This document shows, piece after piece, positions 62,077 to 64,000 of a stretch of DNA of 64,000 bases; the stretch's first letter is position 1, and each line of letters starts with the position of its first letter. The position numbers were made by a program, and so were the translations under genes. The stretch covers positions 310,001 through 374,000 of the forward strand of contig JASTWF010000338.1 of assembly GCA_030390025.1 (NCBI GenBank), given 5' to 3'. The notes beneath the pieces are model-generated. The model saw only the letters and a list, made by a program, of their open reading frames with translations. It made no database searches and had not been told where the DNA came from. The stretch comes from Squalus acanthias (Eukaryota).

Positions 62077-63343
62077 GCTATTAGAAGGGGAGGATTTACA
62101 GACGGGAAACTCAAACCAAACATCACATCAAACATCAACAAACTTAACTCAAACATCACATCAAACATCAACTCAAACCAAACAACACAGACATCTGACA
62201 GAGTCACTCCATTCATCAGGACCTGAATATCATCGGCCTTTGAATGTGGAAGGAGAAATGTTTGTCTGTTCTGTCTGTGGGAAAAGATTTCAAACATCAG
62301 TGTGACTGGAAAAGCACCGAGACACACACACCCGAGTGAGAGTGTTCCAGTGCACTGACTGTGGAAAGAGCTTTAACCAGTTACACAGCCTGAAAAAACA
62401 TCGCACCGTTCACAGAGGGGAGAAACCGTACACGTGTTCTGTATGTGGACGAGGCTTCAACTGATCGTCCAACCTGGAGAGACACAAGGACACCCGCACC
62501 ACGGAGAAACCGTGGAAATGTGGGGACTGTGGGAAGGGATTCAATTACCCATCCCAGCTGGAAACCCATCGACGCAGTCACACTGGGGAGAGACCGTTCA
62601 CCTGCTCCGTGTGTGGGAAGGGATTCACTAAATCATCCCACCTTCTGACACACCGGCGTATTCACACTGGGGAGAGGCCGTTCACCTGCTCCGTGTGTGG
62701 GAAGGGATTCAGTCTGTTATGTAACATGCTCAGACACCAAGCTGTTCACACTGTTGGCACACAGTTTAATAGCTCCGTGTGTGGGAATGAATTCACTCAA
62801 TCATATAACCTGCTGAAACACCAGCAAGTTCACACTGACGAGAGTCTGTTGAAATGTTCTAACTGTGTGAAGTGCTTTAAAAGCTGTGAGGAACTGATTA
62901 AACACCTGGGCGTTCACACTGGGGAGAGATCGTTCACTTGCTCCCTGTGTGGGAAGGGATTCACTAACTCCTCCAGGCTCACTGAACACCAACTTGTTCA
63001 CACTGATAAGAGACCATTTAAATGTTCTGACTGTGAGAAGAGCTTTAAAAGCAAAAAGTATCTGTTCAGACACCAACATACTCACACAGGGGAGAGGCCG
63101 TTCACCTGCTCCGTGTGTGGGAAGGGATTCACTCAGTCATCCACCCTGCTGAGACACCAGCATGTTCACACTGGGGAGAGGCCGTTCAGCTGCTGTGTGT
63201 GTGGGAAGGGATTCACCCGTTCATCCAGCCTGCTGAGACACCAGCGAGCTCACACTGGGGAGAGGCCGTTCACCTGCTCTGAGTGTGGGAAGGGATTCGC
63301 CCGTTCATCCAGCCTGCTGACACATCAGCGAGTTCACAAGTGA
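62077..63343 (+). CDS. C2H2 zinc-finger locus ZNF-4: leader, three finger relics with two TGAs, then an open frame of 9 intact plus 1 degenerate fingers (62501-63343); coding status uncertain
   Basis: Single frame from acceptor ttttacag|G to stop 63341-63343; TGA at 62303 and 62462; ACG at 62501 where ZNF-2 has ATG. Confidence 0.7.
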
Positions 63344-63370
63344 CTGCAGGGATTGGATTCTGCTTTTATT

Positions 63371-64000
63371 CATAGAATCATGGAAGATAGGAGCAGGAGT
63401 AGGCCATTCGGCCCCTCAAGCCTGCTCCGCCATTCAATGCGATCATGGCTGATCATCCAAATTCAGTACCCTGTCCCTTTCTCCCCATATCCCTTGATCC
63501 CTTTAGCCTTAAGAAATATATCCAACTACTTCTTGAATCTATTTAATGAATTGGCCTCTACTGCCTTCTGTGGCAGAGAATTCCATAGGTTCACCACTCT
63601 CTGGGTGAAGAAATTACTCCTCATTTCTGTCCTAAATGGCTTACCCCTTATACTTAGACTGTGACCCCTGGTTCTGGACTCCCCGACCATCGGGAACATC
63701 CTTCCTGCATCTAGTTTGTCCTGTCCTGTCAGAATTTTCTAAGTTTCAATGAGATCCCCTCTCATTCTTCTAAACTCCAGCGAGTATAAGCCCAATTGAC
63801 CCAATCTCTCTTCATACGTCATTCCTGCCATCCCAGATATCAGCCTTGTGAATCTTCGCTGAACTCCTTCCATGGCAAGAACATCCTTCCTCAGATAAGG
63901 TGACCAAAACTGCACACACTACTAAAGGTGTGGTCTCACCAAGGCCCTGTACAACTGCAGCAAGACACCCTTGTTCCTGTACTCAAATCCTCTCGCTATG
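63371..64000 (-). mobile_element. CR1 LINE 3' fragment, runs off right edge
   Basis: Reverse complement of CR1 ORF2 C-terminus and terminal stem-loop. Confidence 0.93.

Noticed and set aside
47028..62077. KRAB, SCAN or BTB effector exon for the ZNF cluster
   Set aside because: No such motif recognised in any frame I could read
62303..62464. Selenocysteine recoding of the in-frame TGAs
   Set aside because: The TGAs align with recognition-helix positions, not Cys ligands; no SECIS recognised and the 3' UTR is interrupted by CR1 after ~30 nt; the terminal stop has the same TGA-CTG context

Overview
Vertebrate nuclear DNA, most likely a cartilaginous fish (shark). This is inferred from CR1/HER1-type LINEs, Deu-domain tRNA SINEs, Penelope-like elements with minimal hammerhead ribozymes, and KRAB-less C2H2 zinc-finger genes. 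Most of the window is repeat. 1-16.4 kb: decayed TEs, a candidate signal-peptide exon, a Harbinger remnant and a 66-67 bp minisatellite. 16.5-47.0 kb: a ~30 kb complex tandem array built from a circularly permuted internal fragment of one LINE, carrying nested CR1, solo-LTR and MITE-like insertions that were duplicated with it. 47-64 kb: a cluster of four paralogous C2H2 zinc-finger loci with CpG/NRF1/YY1 promoters. One locus looks intact, one has a single TGA, and two share a ~98% identical cassette of three fingers with two in-frame TGA codons. No intact autonomous TE, CRISPR array, rRNA gene or bona fide tRNA gene is seen. TE boundaries are by eye and approximate unless a TSD is quoted; no database search was run.
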